64,000 bases of DNA from a virus: IMG/VR virus record IMGVR_UViG_3300033141_003979, positions 1 to 64,000 of that record. One strand, 5' to 3'. Position numbers and translations under genes: made by a program. Positions within the stretch are counted from its first letter, which is position 1, and each line of letters starts with the position of its first letter. Below are positions 28,988 through 37,613 of this stretch, in pieces. Below the pieces are notes generated by a model. The model saw only the letters and a program-made list of their open reading frames with translations, ran no database searches and was not told where the DNA came from.

Positions 28988-29211
28988 TAGTTATCCCTCC
29001 TTTCTACTTTTGTCTGCCTTGTAATTGTTTTTGTCGCACTAGGTGGTTTACCCCTTGTCACGCACCCGTCCCTTAATCGTCGAAGCCAATACGTGCCCGC
29101 ATAACCTACCAAGTCTCTCATTGCCCCACCAGCAGGCAATGGCTCTTTAGTTATCGGATCACGAACAAGCAATCCTTTGTTTGGTACTAAAAATGCAGCA
29201 TCTCCAGCCAT
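28987..29211 (-). CDS. DUF2635 (Mu gp38-like) small tail protein
   Basis: LVP..GL.VRDP.T.EPLP..G; YWLRRLRDGCV. Confidence 0.85.
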   Translation of the reverse strand: MAGDAAFLVPNKGLLVRDPITKEPLPAGGAMRDLVGYAGTYWLRRLRDGCVTRGKPPSATKTITRQTKVERRDN

Positions 29212-29234
29212 AATTTCTCGCCTCCTTTTATCGT

Positions 29235-29900
29235 TTAGTGTTCTGAAACTTTAAATCCCATCCCGAAGCCCCCACCAAAAGCTCCATCCCTCGGATCATC
29301 AGTAAAATCTACAATTGATTCCATATCCGGCGGATAAGTCTTCCCTAATACATCTGTCCAAAAATCATCAGTCATATCTGCAAACTGTTGCCCTGCTGGT
29401 CCAATTATAGCCCACTGCGCATATATCGAATCAAAATCATCCAAAGAATCCCTGCCTACATCAATGCCGTCATCGTCATCAATTCTGGTCACAGCCTCAA
29501 ACTCAAACTGGTACCAAAACTGGCTCCTATTTATCCCAAGCACACTTCCTCCGCCATAAGATATGAGGCTTTCCGTACCTGGAATCTGCCAGCCCAGTAA
29601 TGCTGTGAATAATTCTGTCCTGATCTCAAACAAGGAGTCATAAGCAGTTAATCCTGTCTTGTCTTTTTGTGTAGGGGCGTTATCTAACATAACAACTACA
29701 CCAAATCGTTCTGTGATTTTCTGGTTGATGCCACTGTCCAAAGTATTGGCGTTAGTTGTCTCCCCTAATTGAATCACAAAAGCCATCTCTGCCTGCAACG
29801 TTCCACTGAGGGCAAAGGCTAGTTCTGCCGCCCCTGCAATCTTGTTTTCAAAACGTGTGGAAGCTAGGCGTAATTTTAAAACAATCGGACCAAGTCTCAT
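29235..29900 (-). CDS. Tail terminator/completion protein
   Basis: Probable start 29900. TERFGVVVML, LF.ALLGW, WYQFEF; position before the sheath module. Confidence 0.75.
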   Translation of the reverse strand: MRLGPIVLKLRLASTRFENKIAGAAELAFALSGTLQAEMAFVIQLGETTNANTLDSGINQKITERFGVVVMLDNAPTQKDKTGLTAYDSLFEIRTELFTALLGWQIPGTESLISYGGGSVLGINRSQFWYQFEFEAVTRIDDDDGIDVGRDSLDDFDSIYAQWAIIGPAGQQFADMTDDFWTDVLGKTYPPDMESIVDFTDDPRDGAFGGGFGMGFKVSEH

Positions 29901-30229
29901 CCCGTAATCCTCTTTGTACTTATCGGATGCATCTCTCTCCAATAAAATTCCTGCAATAAATAAAATATTTGGACTTTTGATTCTTTTCCTTTATCATTTA
30001 TATAAAGAATCTCCCCTTCTCTAAGTATTCTCTTAACTATCCCTTTTCTAATTCTGCCATATGCAAGAAAGGAGATTTTGCTTCCAATAGTAAAAAGTTG
30101 TTCTACAAAATTAGCAAGAGCTATTTGAAAATCCCGATATTCTTCCATTAATTTCCACATATCTTCAAAGTTCTTTTCAAATTCATTATATGGAAAATCT
30201 AATTCTTTGAATATTCCTTTATATAACAT
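29897..30229 (-). CDS. AT-rich hypothetical protein
   Basis: ORF inserted between neck genes, visibly lower GC. Confidence 0.5.
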   Translation of the reverse strand: MLYKGIFKELDFPYNEFEKNFEDMWKLMEEYRDFQIALANFVEQLFTIGSKISFLAYGRIRKGIVKRILREGEILYINDKGKESKVQIFYLLQEFYWREMHPISTKRITG

Positions 30230-30234
30230 TCAAC

Positions 30235-30750
30235 CTACCCCATAATTCCCTCAAAAGATTTTGAAATCCATTCAATTGCCCCTTCTCCAATATTATCCAG
30301 GATTTCTTTTTCATGCTTTTCAACTGCCGGATTCAACCAAGGGCGGGCTTCCATTTTCGGGGTGCCAAACTCCAAAAATTCAGAATATGGGGCCCCCGCT
30401 TTTGATCCAACTTCCATCTCCATCCCTCTTACATCAAACATGATAGTTCGTATCAGCCCTCCGTAATCTATTGCCGGTGGTTCTCCAGGAGCTGATGAAT
30501 AATGTCTTTTTGCCGATTTGAGAAATCCCGTCCCACTCTTTTTGACTTTTCTCCCCTTGCTTCTCCAGTAAAATCTTTTTCCTCGTTTAGTATTACGCAT
30601 TGAAAGGATAATAGTATTGCGGATATCATTTGCTCCAATATGAAGTCTTTTTGCAATTTCACCAGGGATCTTCTCAGCTGCTTTATTAAGGTCATCCCCA
30701 ATCTTACCTAACTTCCTGTTCAATCTAGTCAATGCTTCAGATTCAATCAT
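30235..30750 (-). CDS. HK97 gp10-like neck/tail-completion protein
   Basis: SAPGEPPAID.G.L, PYSEFLEFGTPKMEARPWLNPA. Confidence 0.88.
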   Translation of the reverse strand: MIESEALTRLNRKLGKIGDDLNKAAEKIPGEIAKRLHIGANDIRNTIILSMRNTKRGKRFYWRSKGRKVKKSGTGFLKSAKRHYSSAPGEPPAIDYGGLIRTIMFDVRGMEMEVGSKAGAPYSEFLEFGTPKMEARPWLNPAVEKHEKEILDNIGEGAIEWISKSFEGIMG

Positions 30751-31193
30751 GTTGGATATCCAGTCCCTCTTTCTTCAATCTCTTCAGCATCAATTTCAAG
30801 ATATTCATCTCTTTCATTCTTATTCACTACATCATGAATACGAAATAAACGCCCCTTAACTGTAGATCCCTGCTCTAAGAATAAGTGATAATCAGATTTA
30901 AGCAAGCCTAAATCTTCCATAGAATCAAATCCTATACCAAAATCCCTGGCATAAGCCCTGCCAAGGGAAGAAATTGCCAAGCGTCTAACTTTGAAAACAT
31001 GGGTGGAATTCTCATTGATCTGCTCTCCGCGGATATATCTTGATCCAGACCCTTTGAACCTCATAGGCCTGAGTCCCATCCAAACAGTCATCAAGACATC
31101 AAAGCCCCAATCAAATCCACCATCATCATTGGCAACCTGTGTTGGCTTCCCTATCTGCACTCGTCTGCTGAGGTCTGGTGCAAGCCAGGTCAT
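30747..31193 (-). CDS. Head-tail adaptor / head closure protein
   Basis: L.RRVQI..P....DDGG, TVW, GRLFRI..V, YLEI.AEE. Confidence 0.8.
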   Translation of the reverse strand: MTWLAPDLSRRVQIGKPTQVANDDGGFDWGFDVLMTVWMGLRPMRFKGSGSRYIRGEQINENSTHVFKVRRLAISSLGRAYARDFGIGFDSMEDLGLLKSDYHLFLEQGSTVKGRLFRIHDVVNKNERDEYLEIDAEEIEERGTGYPT

Positions 31194-32899
31194 TAATTTG
31201 CCACCTCCTGCAAAAATTCATCAAATCGATCACGAGTCTTTCCCCAATGGGGAACTTCATCTGCCTCTGTCCATCCCCGGCAACTCCGCTCAGAACGAAA
31301 CTGTGACTTGTCCATGCGTCTGCGTGTGAGCGACCTTGAGTGCCTTATATCTATACTCGGGCAGTCGGCAAAATAAACTTTGTATTTGCCCTTCCTCATT
31401 TCTTTTGGTAGCCCTTTCGGGGGCGAAAAACCAAGGCTTCCTTTGAATCCATGTTCTTCAACAAATTTAACCTTCTTTCCGTAATGATCTATCAGAAAAT
31501 CCCTATAAGCACACAAGAGAGACGGAACATTCCTATGATAGAATACAGCCTTACCTGTATCCGCACATACCGACCATACAGCCCGGTCATAGTAAAAGAC
31601 ATCTTTCTTGGGTGGGGTGAAATCAAAATGAGCTGGATGATAAAGCAAGTCATGCTCAATCATAAAAATGACATCTGCTTCACTCTCTTTCAAGCCCATA
31701 AGAATTTGTTTATACATGGACAAGACGGACCTCTCTAAATCCATCACTATATTCTTACCAAAATCAATCGGCTTCTGAGATACTGAGACAATAGGGAACT
31801 TATGTGTTTCCATACACTTTACAATCTGTTTTTGACAGGTTGAAAGAATAGCCTCTCCCGCATGATTATCTGTATAATAAACTAGACCTTTTTTCAATCT
31901 ATTTGTAGATATGCCCTTTGACTTTTCATGATAATCAAACTGATCCCAACCAGGCAAAGGGCTGAATCTATCGATCATCCATGACAAGGGATATTTGGCC
32001 TTTGACCAAGAATTTCCTTTCCACATCTTCTGTGAATAGTCCCTTGCCTTCCTTACATCCTTCCCCCTCAAAGGATAAGGAAATCCAAAGTCTCCACCTT
32101 GAGTTCTAAACATATGAGCAAACCAAGTATTCTTGTTTATTACCTGCCTGCCACCGCTAAGCCAACTTTTGCATGAAATTTCTGTCCCCATCTGACCCCA
32201 AGAACCATGCCCTTCATCTAAACCCCCCAGATCCCAGTAGCGTTCTCTGTGCATCATCCAGCAGGCGCCTATTGCAGTCATCTGATCAGTGATCTTCCCT
32301 TTAGCCCAATCCCTACGGGAGTGAGAGTACTTGTGCTTGATTGCAGGCATGTCTTTTCCATACTTTGATAAGTGATTCCTGTCAAAGTAAGAAAATTTCA
32401 TATCCTTATCAAACCACATATAATCTGACTTCCTCCCCTTGCGGCGTTGCCAGATCATGATCATTTCAAATCCAGTTTGACTTTCACACTTGCTGCATTG
32501 AGTTGGCTTTGGTCCCTGGTAAGTTTTATTCCCACATGACTGACATTTCCAATCAAAAGCGTGTAGATTATACATGCGGGGAACCATTGTCCAATCATAC
32601 TTACAAGCAGTTATAAGCTTAACATCAAAGCCCTTGTCAAAGGCACAATGGGCATCACACTTCATAATGAACTTGGCCTGTGACAGTTTGGCGGCCTCAT
32701 TCGTCGCTGCCCTCTGACCTATCGATTCCCCATGATAAATCAATTTCACTCTTGGATGATCCTTGACAGCCGGCTTAGGCCAACTACCATCACAAACAGA
32801 GATGACTTCTGTATTACCCTCGACATTTTCAAGGATGTTCTCAATAGTTTGGGCTAAGAACATTTCATTTCGACTAGGGATAAGCACTGAGAGATCCAT
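31193..32899 (-). CDS. Two-domain glycosyltransferase: DxH-type GT-A (polypeptide GalNAc-T-like) plus a second GT-A-like domain
   Basis: SVLIPSRNE, KCDAHC, LGGLDEG..SWG....EISCKSWLSGG, AHMFR; inserted CxxC..CxxC ribbon. Second domain LVYYTDN..PIVSVSQKP..EHD.LY. Confidence 0.85.
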   Translation of the reverse strand: MDLSVLIPSRNEMFLAQTIENILENVEGNTEVISVCDGSWPKPAVKDHPRVKLIYHGESIGQRAATNEAAKLSQAKFIMKCDAHCAFDKGFDVKLITACKYDWTMVPRMYNLHAFDWKCQSCGNKTYQGPKPTQCSKCESQTGFEMIMIWQRRKGRKSDYMWFDKDMKFSYFDRNHLSKYGKDMPAIKHKYSHSRRDWAKGKITDQMTAIGACWMMHRERYWDLGGLDEGHGSWGQMGTEISCKSWLSGGRQVINKNTWFAHMFRTQGGDFGFPYPLRGKDVRKARDYSQKMWKGNSWSKAKYPLSWMIDRFSPLPGWDQFDYHEKSKGISTNRLKKGLVYYTDNHAGEAILSTCQKQIVKCMETHKFPIVSVSQKPIDFGKNIVMDLERSVLSMYKQILMGLKESEADVIFMIEHDLLYHPAHFDFTPPKKDVFYYDRAVWSVCADTGKAVFYHRNVPSLLCAYRDFLIDHYGKKVKFVEEHGFKGSLGFSPPKGLPKEMRKGKYKVYFADCPSIDIRHSRSLTRRRMDKSQFRSERSCRGWTEADEVPHWGKTRDRFDEFLQEVAN

Positions 32900-33009
32900 T
32901 ATCTATATTCTATATCCTTTTTCAAGAGAACTCCTGTTAGAATTGATGTCAGGCAGTTTAAATAGGGTATTTAAAGGGTATCTTAAAGTGTTTTCCATAT
33001 TTTATCTCC

Positions 33010-33294
33010 CTAATTGATAGTCACTTCTTTTTCTTCCGTAACAACCCAATCCTCTCCAGCGATGTCGCCGGTGGAAACAATCAAGGGGTGAAACTTTTTG
33101 TCCTCTTCCTTATAAACCATCAATTGATTGTCCATGATGGCAAACCTTGCATTTCTTTCTTCCCACTCTAGTCGTCTGACATGCCTGCCTTTCAATACTT
33201 CATTCATTGCATCCCCAAAATTCATCTGCGGTATCTCAGGAATATCCGCTGCCGTAGGTGACTGTTTGCCACCAGTGTTGTCTCTTTCATTCAT
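33010..33294 (-). CDS. DUF2829 / Tad2-like protein
   Basis: MNFGDA...KG..VRR.EW and S.GDI.GEDW pattern. Confidence 0.6.
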   Translation of the reverse strand: MNERDNTGGKQSPTAADIPEIPQMNFGDAMNEVLKGRHVRRLEWEERNARFAIMDNQLMVYKEEDKKFHPLIVSTGDIAGEDWVVTEEKEVTIN

Positions 33295-33311
33295 CTCTCT
33301 TTTCCTCCTGT

Positions 33312-33911
33312 TTAAAATTCATACCCTAGTAATTCAACGTCCTTACGGTAAACATTATATACAATATCTATACACTCGTCATCGTAGTAATCACGGTATG
33401 GTCCATGTTGAGAACGGTTCTTGTGAGGAAGAACTGGACTGCAATCTATTGCAGAAGCTATTATCTCCCAATCTTTTTTTATGTTTTCTATCCTTGCCAC
33501 AAAATCAACAAAAACTTGTCCTTTGAAATAAACCCTTGGATACTGATGCTCAAAATGCGGATCACATAAAATCCCTTTATCACAAAAGGTAGTTTTCATA
33601 AAATGTTGAAAAGTCTCTCCTTTGCCAATGCATGGCCTGCCCGCTTGCTGCAAAGCATAAAAGGCTGATACCATCCTGTCCCAAGGATTTCTAACAATAG
33701 TAAATTTGAATATCTTATTGACATCAGTAATAGCCAATCTATAAGTCCATAAATTCCGACAATCTCTATAAGTCATTGCCCTGAGTTTTAACAAATCCCT
33801 GTAGACAGAATGGAGGCAACACTTACGAATACCAAAAAATATGAACTTCCCTTCAGTATCAAGAACCACGGGATGCAATTGTCTAATGTGTTTTAGAAGA
33901 GTTTTCATCAA
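33312..33911 (-). CDS. Sulfotransferase family 2 protein
   Basis: FKFTIVRNPWDRMVSAF (3'-phosphate-binding motif), HFEHQ, DFVARIE, Y..DVELLGYEF. Confidence 0.85.
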   Translation of the reverse strand: MMKTLLKHIRQLHPVVLDTEGKFIFFGIRKCCLHSVYRDLLKLRAMTYRDCRNLWTYRLAITDVNKIFKFTIVRNPWDRMVSAFYALQQAGRPCIGKGETFQHFMKTTFCDKGILCDPHFEHQYPRVYFKGQVFVDFVARIENIKKDWEIIASAIDCSPVLPHKNRSQHGPYRDYYDDECIDIVYNVYRKDVELLGYEF

Positions 33912-33936
33912 ATTCTATTAATTAGCCTTATATTTT

Positions 33937-34587
33937 TTACAAACATAACTCATCAAATAACTTTTCTGCTTTTCCCCATAATTGCAATCTATTAAATCTC
34001 TCTCTCATGCCATGCATATAAGGATGCAACCCATCATCATGATCAACACTAATTACAAAATATTTAGTTCTAAAAACTCCAAATCCAAAAGATCTAAAAG
34101 GAATTGGGGGACATCTCAAATTTTCTGTATCAATCCACATTGGCCTGTTAGCCATTATCTTATCTAAGATTTTAAGCAAATATTCACGGTTTGATATTAT
34201 TGCACCAACAAATCCCGCACGCTTTCTAGCAAAGATCGGAATTCTTGAATCAAACATACATACTCTTCTATTATAGTACACTGTATTTTGCTCCCTGTTA
34301 TAAGGGCGAAATTGAAAATGTTCTTTGGGATATAATGAATCCGCCTCTGCAAATGCAACATAAGGAGTATCTGCGTTTTCTACTCCAATAAATATCTGCC
34401 TAAATATATTATGGCTAGATCGCCCTACATCTCCAACACAAATATTTTTCCCGAAACTTAACTCTTTCTGTGATACAGATATAAGAGGTAACTCTTCAAT
34501 AACTAACAAAAGATTTTTTCTGATTTTTTCTGCAAAAGATTCCTTTTCCTTATTGGCCGTATAATAAATAATAGTAAGATCTCTCAT
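33937..34587 (-). CDS. GT-A-like protein, paralogous to the C-terminal domain of 31193-32899
   Basis: LTIIYYTAN, PLISVSQK..FGKNI, AEADSLYP..HF.F.P. Confidence 0.7.
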   Translation of the reverse strand: MRDLTIIYYTANKEKESFAEKIRKNLLLVIEELPLISVSQKELSFGKNICVGDVGRSSHNIFRQIFIGVENADTPYVAFAEADSLYPKEHFQFRPYNREQNTVYYNRRVCMFDSRIPIFARKRAGFVGAIISNREYLLKILDKIMANRPMWIDTENLRCPPIPFRSFGFGVFRTKYFVISVDHDDGLHPYMHGMRERFNRLQLWGKAEKLFDELCL

Positions 34588-34610
34588 ATTCTTATTTTAA
34601 CAAAAAGCTA

Positions 34611-35315
34611 TCACCTTGGACAAATTGAACAATAATCATATTTGTTTCTTCCGCCAGGCATTGACAAATCTTTTACGAATTTAATGTGCTTTTTGCCAAA
34701 CCAATATTGTCTTAAATCAATTTCCGGGAAAGACCCAAACCCAGAAATACCATTAAGATCCTCACAACATAAACAATACCGACCCTCATAATTTATTATT
34801 AATCTTTTTACAAGCGGTTGTTTGCATTTCAGATCATTTAATGATATTGCTTCTGGATGAAAATGAGTCTTTATATGCCATCCTTTTATCTGCACTTTGG
34901 TTTTTTTAAATAAAAATCTTACAGCATTTTTTTTATTATAAGGCCTTCTATCATAAAGAGAAATAATAATTTTATTCAATATCTTGTCCAACCTACCAGC
35001 CATTTCGTCAGTTAAAAAATCTCCATTAGTCACCAGATATATAGTTTTAATCCCATTCTCTTTAAGTAATTTTATTATATCAACAATTCTTGGGTCCATC
35101 AAGGGTTCATTATAATGAGAAAGACAGACACTAGAATTAAAATCTAGTTCAATATATTGCTTTACAAACTCCTCAATCATCTCCATAGACATAAAATTTA
35201 GTTCAAACCGAGATTTAACTGCTTCCCTATCAAGGTAAGAATTTCTAATGCAGGTCGGGCAAAATCGATTACACATCGAACTCGTCTCTAAAACTATTAC
35301 AGGAGGCCTCTTCAT
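34611..35315 (-). CDS. Radical SAM protein with SPASM/twitch-like C-terminus
   Basis: CNRFCPTC, NEPLMDP, TNG, C..P...LCCED...CSIC. Confidence 0.9.
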   Translation of the reverse strand: MKRPPVIVLETSSMCNRFCPTCIRNSYLDREAVKSRFELNFMSMEMIEEFVKQYIELDFNSSVCLSHYNEPLMDPRIVDIIKLLKENGIKTIYLVTNGDFLTDEMAGRLDKILNKIIISLYDRRPYNKKNAVRFLFKKTKVQIKGWHIKTHFHPEAISLNDLKCKQPLVKRLIINYEGRYCLCCEDLNGISGFGSFPEIDLRQYWFGKKHIKFVKDLSMPGGRNKYDYCSICPR

Positions 35316-35319
35316 TCTC

Positions 35320-37314
35320 TTATTTCTTTACCCAAAAAAATGATGGAGAAGATTCATCTGTCACAAATAAATCCTTAATCCCATGAACCCGCACATAAAT
35401 ATTTACTGCATCAACAACACCTCCAACAGCTCCTCTAGTTGAAACCCAATTAAAATAATCATGCCCTGAAATTATCCCTCCTATACGAACCTTCTTTGAC
35501 CATTCAATAAGATCTTGCATTACATAATCAAATGTATGATTCCCATCAATATAAACAAAATCAAGTGATTCTGGTTCTACTTCTTTGATAGCATCCATAC
35601 TTTTCTTTACAATAAATTGAACATCATAAGGTTTAAGTATTTTCTTAGCATGATTATAAAAAGAATTATGGTTTACATCAGAAATTTCAACTTCATCTTC
35701 TCCATAACTAATATATGGATCAACAAGTTTTAATGATAAACCCGGAATATGTTTGCATATTGCTAATGCATTTATCCCACGCTTCACCCCTATTTCTGCT
35801 CCGTACTTAAATCCAAGTTCATTAAACAATGAATACAAATATCTTCTTCTATACTTCCTCACCTTTATTGGTGATATTGCCTTCCTTGATATACTACCTC
35901 GCTTTCTAAAAATAAATCGTAAATTATTCTCTCCCTCTGCCATCCCCCAATGCCGTTCAGTATCCATTACAATCCTCTCTAACCAGTGAACTTTGTATTT
36001 TTCATCAAGCACCGCCTTAATAAAAAAGAAATCTCCTGCATTTTGACGACCAAAACTTTTAATATGTTTTTGAAATACTTCATTCGAAACACAGATATTT
36101 CCACAAGCAATCCTCCCTCCAACAGGAATATGGGTTTCCCAAACATCTTTTTTTGGGTAAATAACATTTTTTATCAACTTCTTAACCATAACAACATCAA
36201 CATGAGAAGCTGATACAAGTTCTTTAACTGAAGCTACAAAATCTTTGTCTATTATGACAGAATCGTCATCTACTAAATAAACATACCTCCCTTTAACTTT
36301 GCTTCGATTAACATAAAATTGTTTATTCGCCCATCCAATACCTCTCCCTATATCATCTACTATAAATATGTGTTCAAAATCTTTATCTGTTTGAGCATTA
36401 ATAGAATCAATGCATTTCTGTAATGCTTTAGGTCTCTTGTAACATCTTGTAACAAAAGACATAAATGGAATTTCGGGAGCTTGTTTTTGTTCTGCCTGTT
36501 TATTTATATCTTTCACCATTGTATTCTCCCAAGAAGGCACCGGAGCAAATTTATCTACCAACCACTGTAAGGAGTGTTTATATCCATGACTATTTCCCGA
36601 CCAAAACTTCAAAGCAAACTCCGCAGATTTTCGCTTCTCCCCCCTGACATCTCTATAAAGTCCCGTGTCCTTCGCCCAATGGGCATACCAAGTATTGCGA
36701 TTGAGCACATACCGGCCACCAGAAAGCCAAGTCTTCAAACATACTTCCTGAGCTTCTTTGCCCATCGCCCCGTAGTTGACTTCATCCAATCCTCCAAGTT
36801 CCCAAAACCTTTCTCTATGCATGAACCAACAGGAGCCTTGAGAGGTCATCAAATCAACTATTGTCTGTCCTACTACCCGATCAGCATATTCATGCCAGTC
36901 CTTTCCTTTAAGATCCGTCTGCCTGATATACTGAAACTCATAACTTTTGTCTTCTCTTTCCCATAATTTAACATTCAATCTATATCTAACCGGAACTACA
37001 GTCCAATCATATTCACAGTTTTCAATTAACTTTATATCAAATCCCTCATCAAAAGAACAATGAGCATCACATTTCATCAAATACTTGCCCTTAGCAATCC
37101 TTGCCCCGGCATTTATCGCTTGTCGCATTCCTTCTGTTTCAGAGAAATGGACTAATGTAACATTCGGGAAGTCTCTTACCGGCGGATCAGGCCAGTAGCC
37201 ATCCAACATAACAATAACTTCAACAGCTCCTTTGGCCTTAACCAAAAGATCATCAATTGTCCTTTGCAAATATGGATCATTCCGCGCCGGTATTATGACA
37301 GACGTTATTTCCAT
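35320..37314 (-). CDS. Tri-domain protein: DxH-type GT-A, second GT2 domain, class I methyltransferase
   Basis: Probable start 37314. SVIIPARN, KCDAHC, LGGLDE..WLSGG..YAH; VYLVDDD; GAEIGV..G, DFVYIDGNH, GGIISGHDY. Confidence 0.87.
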   Translation of the reverse strand: MEITSVIIPARNDPYLQRTIDDLLVKAKGAVEVIVMLDGYWPDPPVRDFPNVTLVHFSETEGMRQAINAGARIAKGKYLMKCDAHCSFDEGFDIKLIENCEYDWTVVPVRYRLNVKLWEREDKSYEFQYIRQTDLKGKDWHEYADRVVGQTIVDLMTSQGSCWFMHRERFWELGGLDEVNYGAMGKEAQEVCLKTWLSGGRYVLNRNTWYAHWAKDTGLYRDVRGEKRKSAEFALKFWSGNSHGYKHSLQWLVDKFAPVPSWENTMVKDINKQAEQKQAPEIPFMSFVTRCYKRPKALQKCIDSINAQTDKDFEHIFIVDDIGRGIGWANKQFYVNRSKVKGRYVYLVDDDSVIIDKDFVASVKELVSASHVDVVMVKKLIKNVIYPKKDVWETHIPVGGRIACGNICVSNEVFQKHIKSFGRQNAGDFFFIKAVLDEKYKVHWLERIVMDTERHWGMAEGENNLRFIFRKRGSISRKAISPIKVRKYRRRYLYSLFNELGFKYGAEIGVKRGINALAICKHIPGLSLKLVDPYISYGEDEVEISDVNHNSFYNHAKKILKPYDVQFIVKKSMDAIKEVEPESLDFVYIDGNHTFDYVMQDLIEWSKKVRIGGIISGHDYFNWVSTRGAVGGVVDAVNIYVRVHGIKDLFVTDESSPSFFWVKK

Positions 37315-37613
37315 TATCTCCACTTCGGATGTACGGTAAAATTTATAGTCCTGCAAAGCCCCTTAAAACCACCATCTGGAAACTCAAAGTACCCCTGAAC
37401 ATAATATTCCCCTGCAACATCCAGATCACCGGCCCCTGTAACATATCTCAAATACTTTTCTTCATATACTGTAGAAGCCCATTCTACTTCAACCCCATTC
37501 TTGAGAACTTTCATTGAATAAACAGTGGCAGTATCAAGGGTAACATCTGCATTTACCTTTATTGTTATTTCGACATTTTCATCATCTACATATATTCTGT
37601 CATCAATATTCAT
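37314..37613 (-). CDS. Small beta-rich virion-associated protein
   Basis: YVT..GDLDVAGEY.VQ motif; coupled to both neighbours. Confidence 0.6.
   Translation of the reverse strand: MNIDDRIYVDDENVEITIKVNADVTLDTATVYSMKVLKNGVEVEWASTVYEEKYLRYVTGAGDLDVAGEYYVQGYFEFPDGGFKGLCRTINFTVHPKWR

Noticed and set aside
16175-31193. Tail module as a tailocin or contractile injection system
   Set aside because: Portal, protease, capsid and neck genes are in the same operon, so it is a phage.
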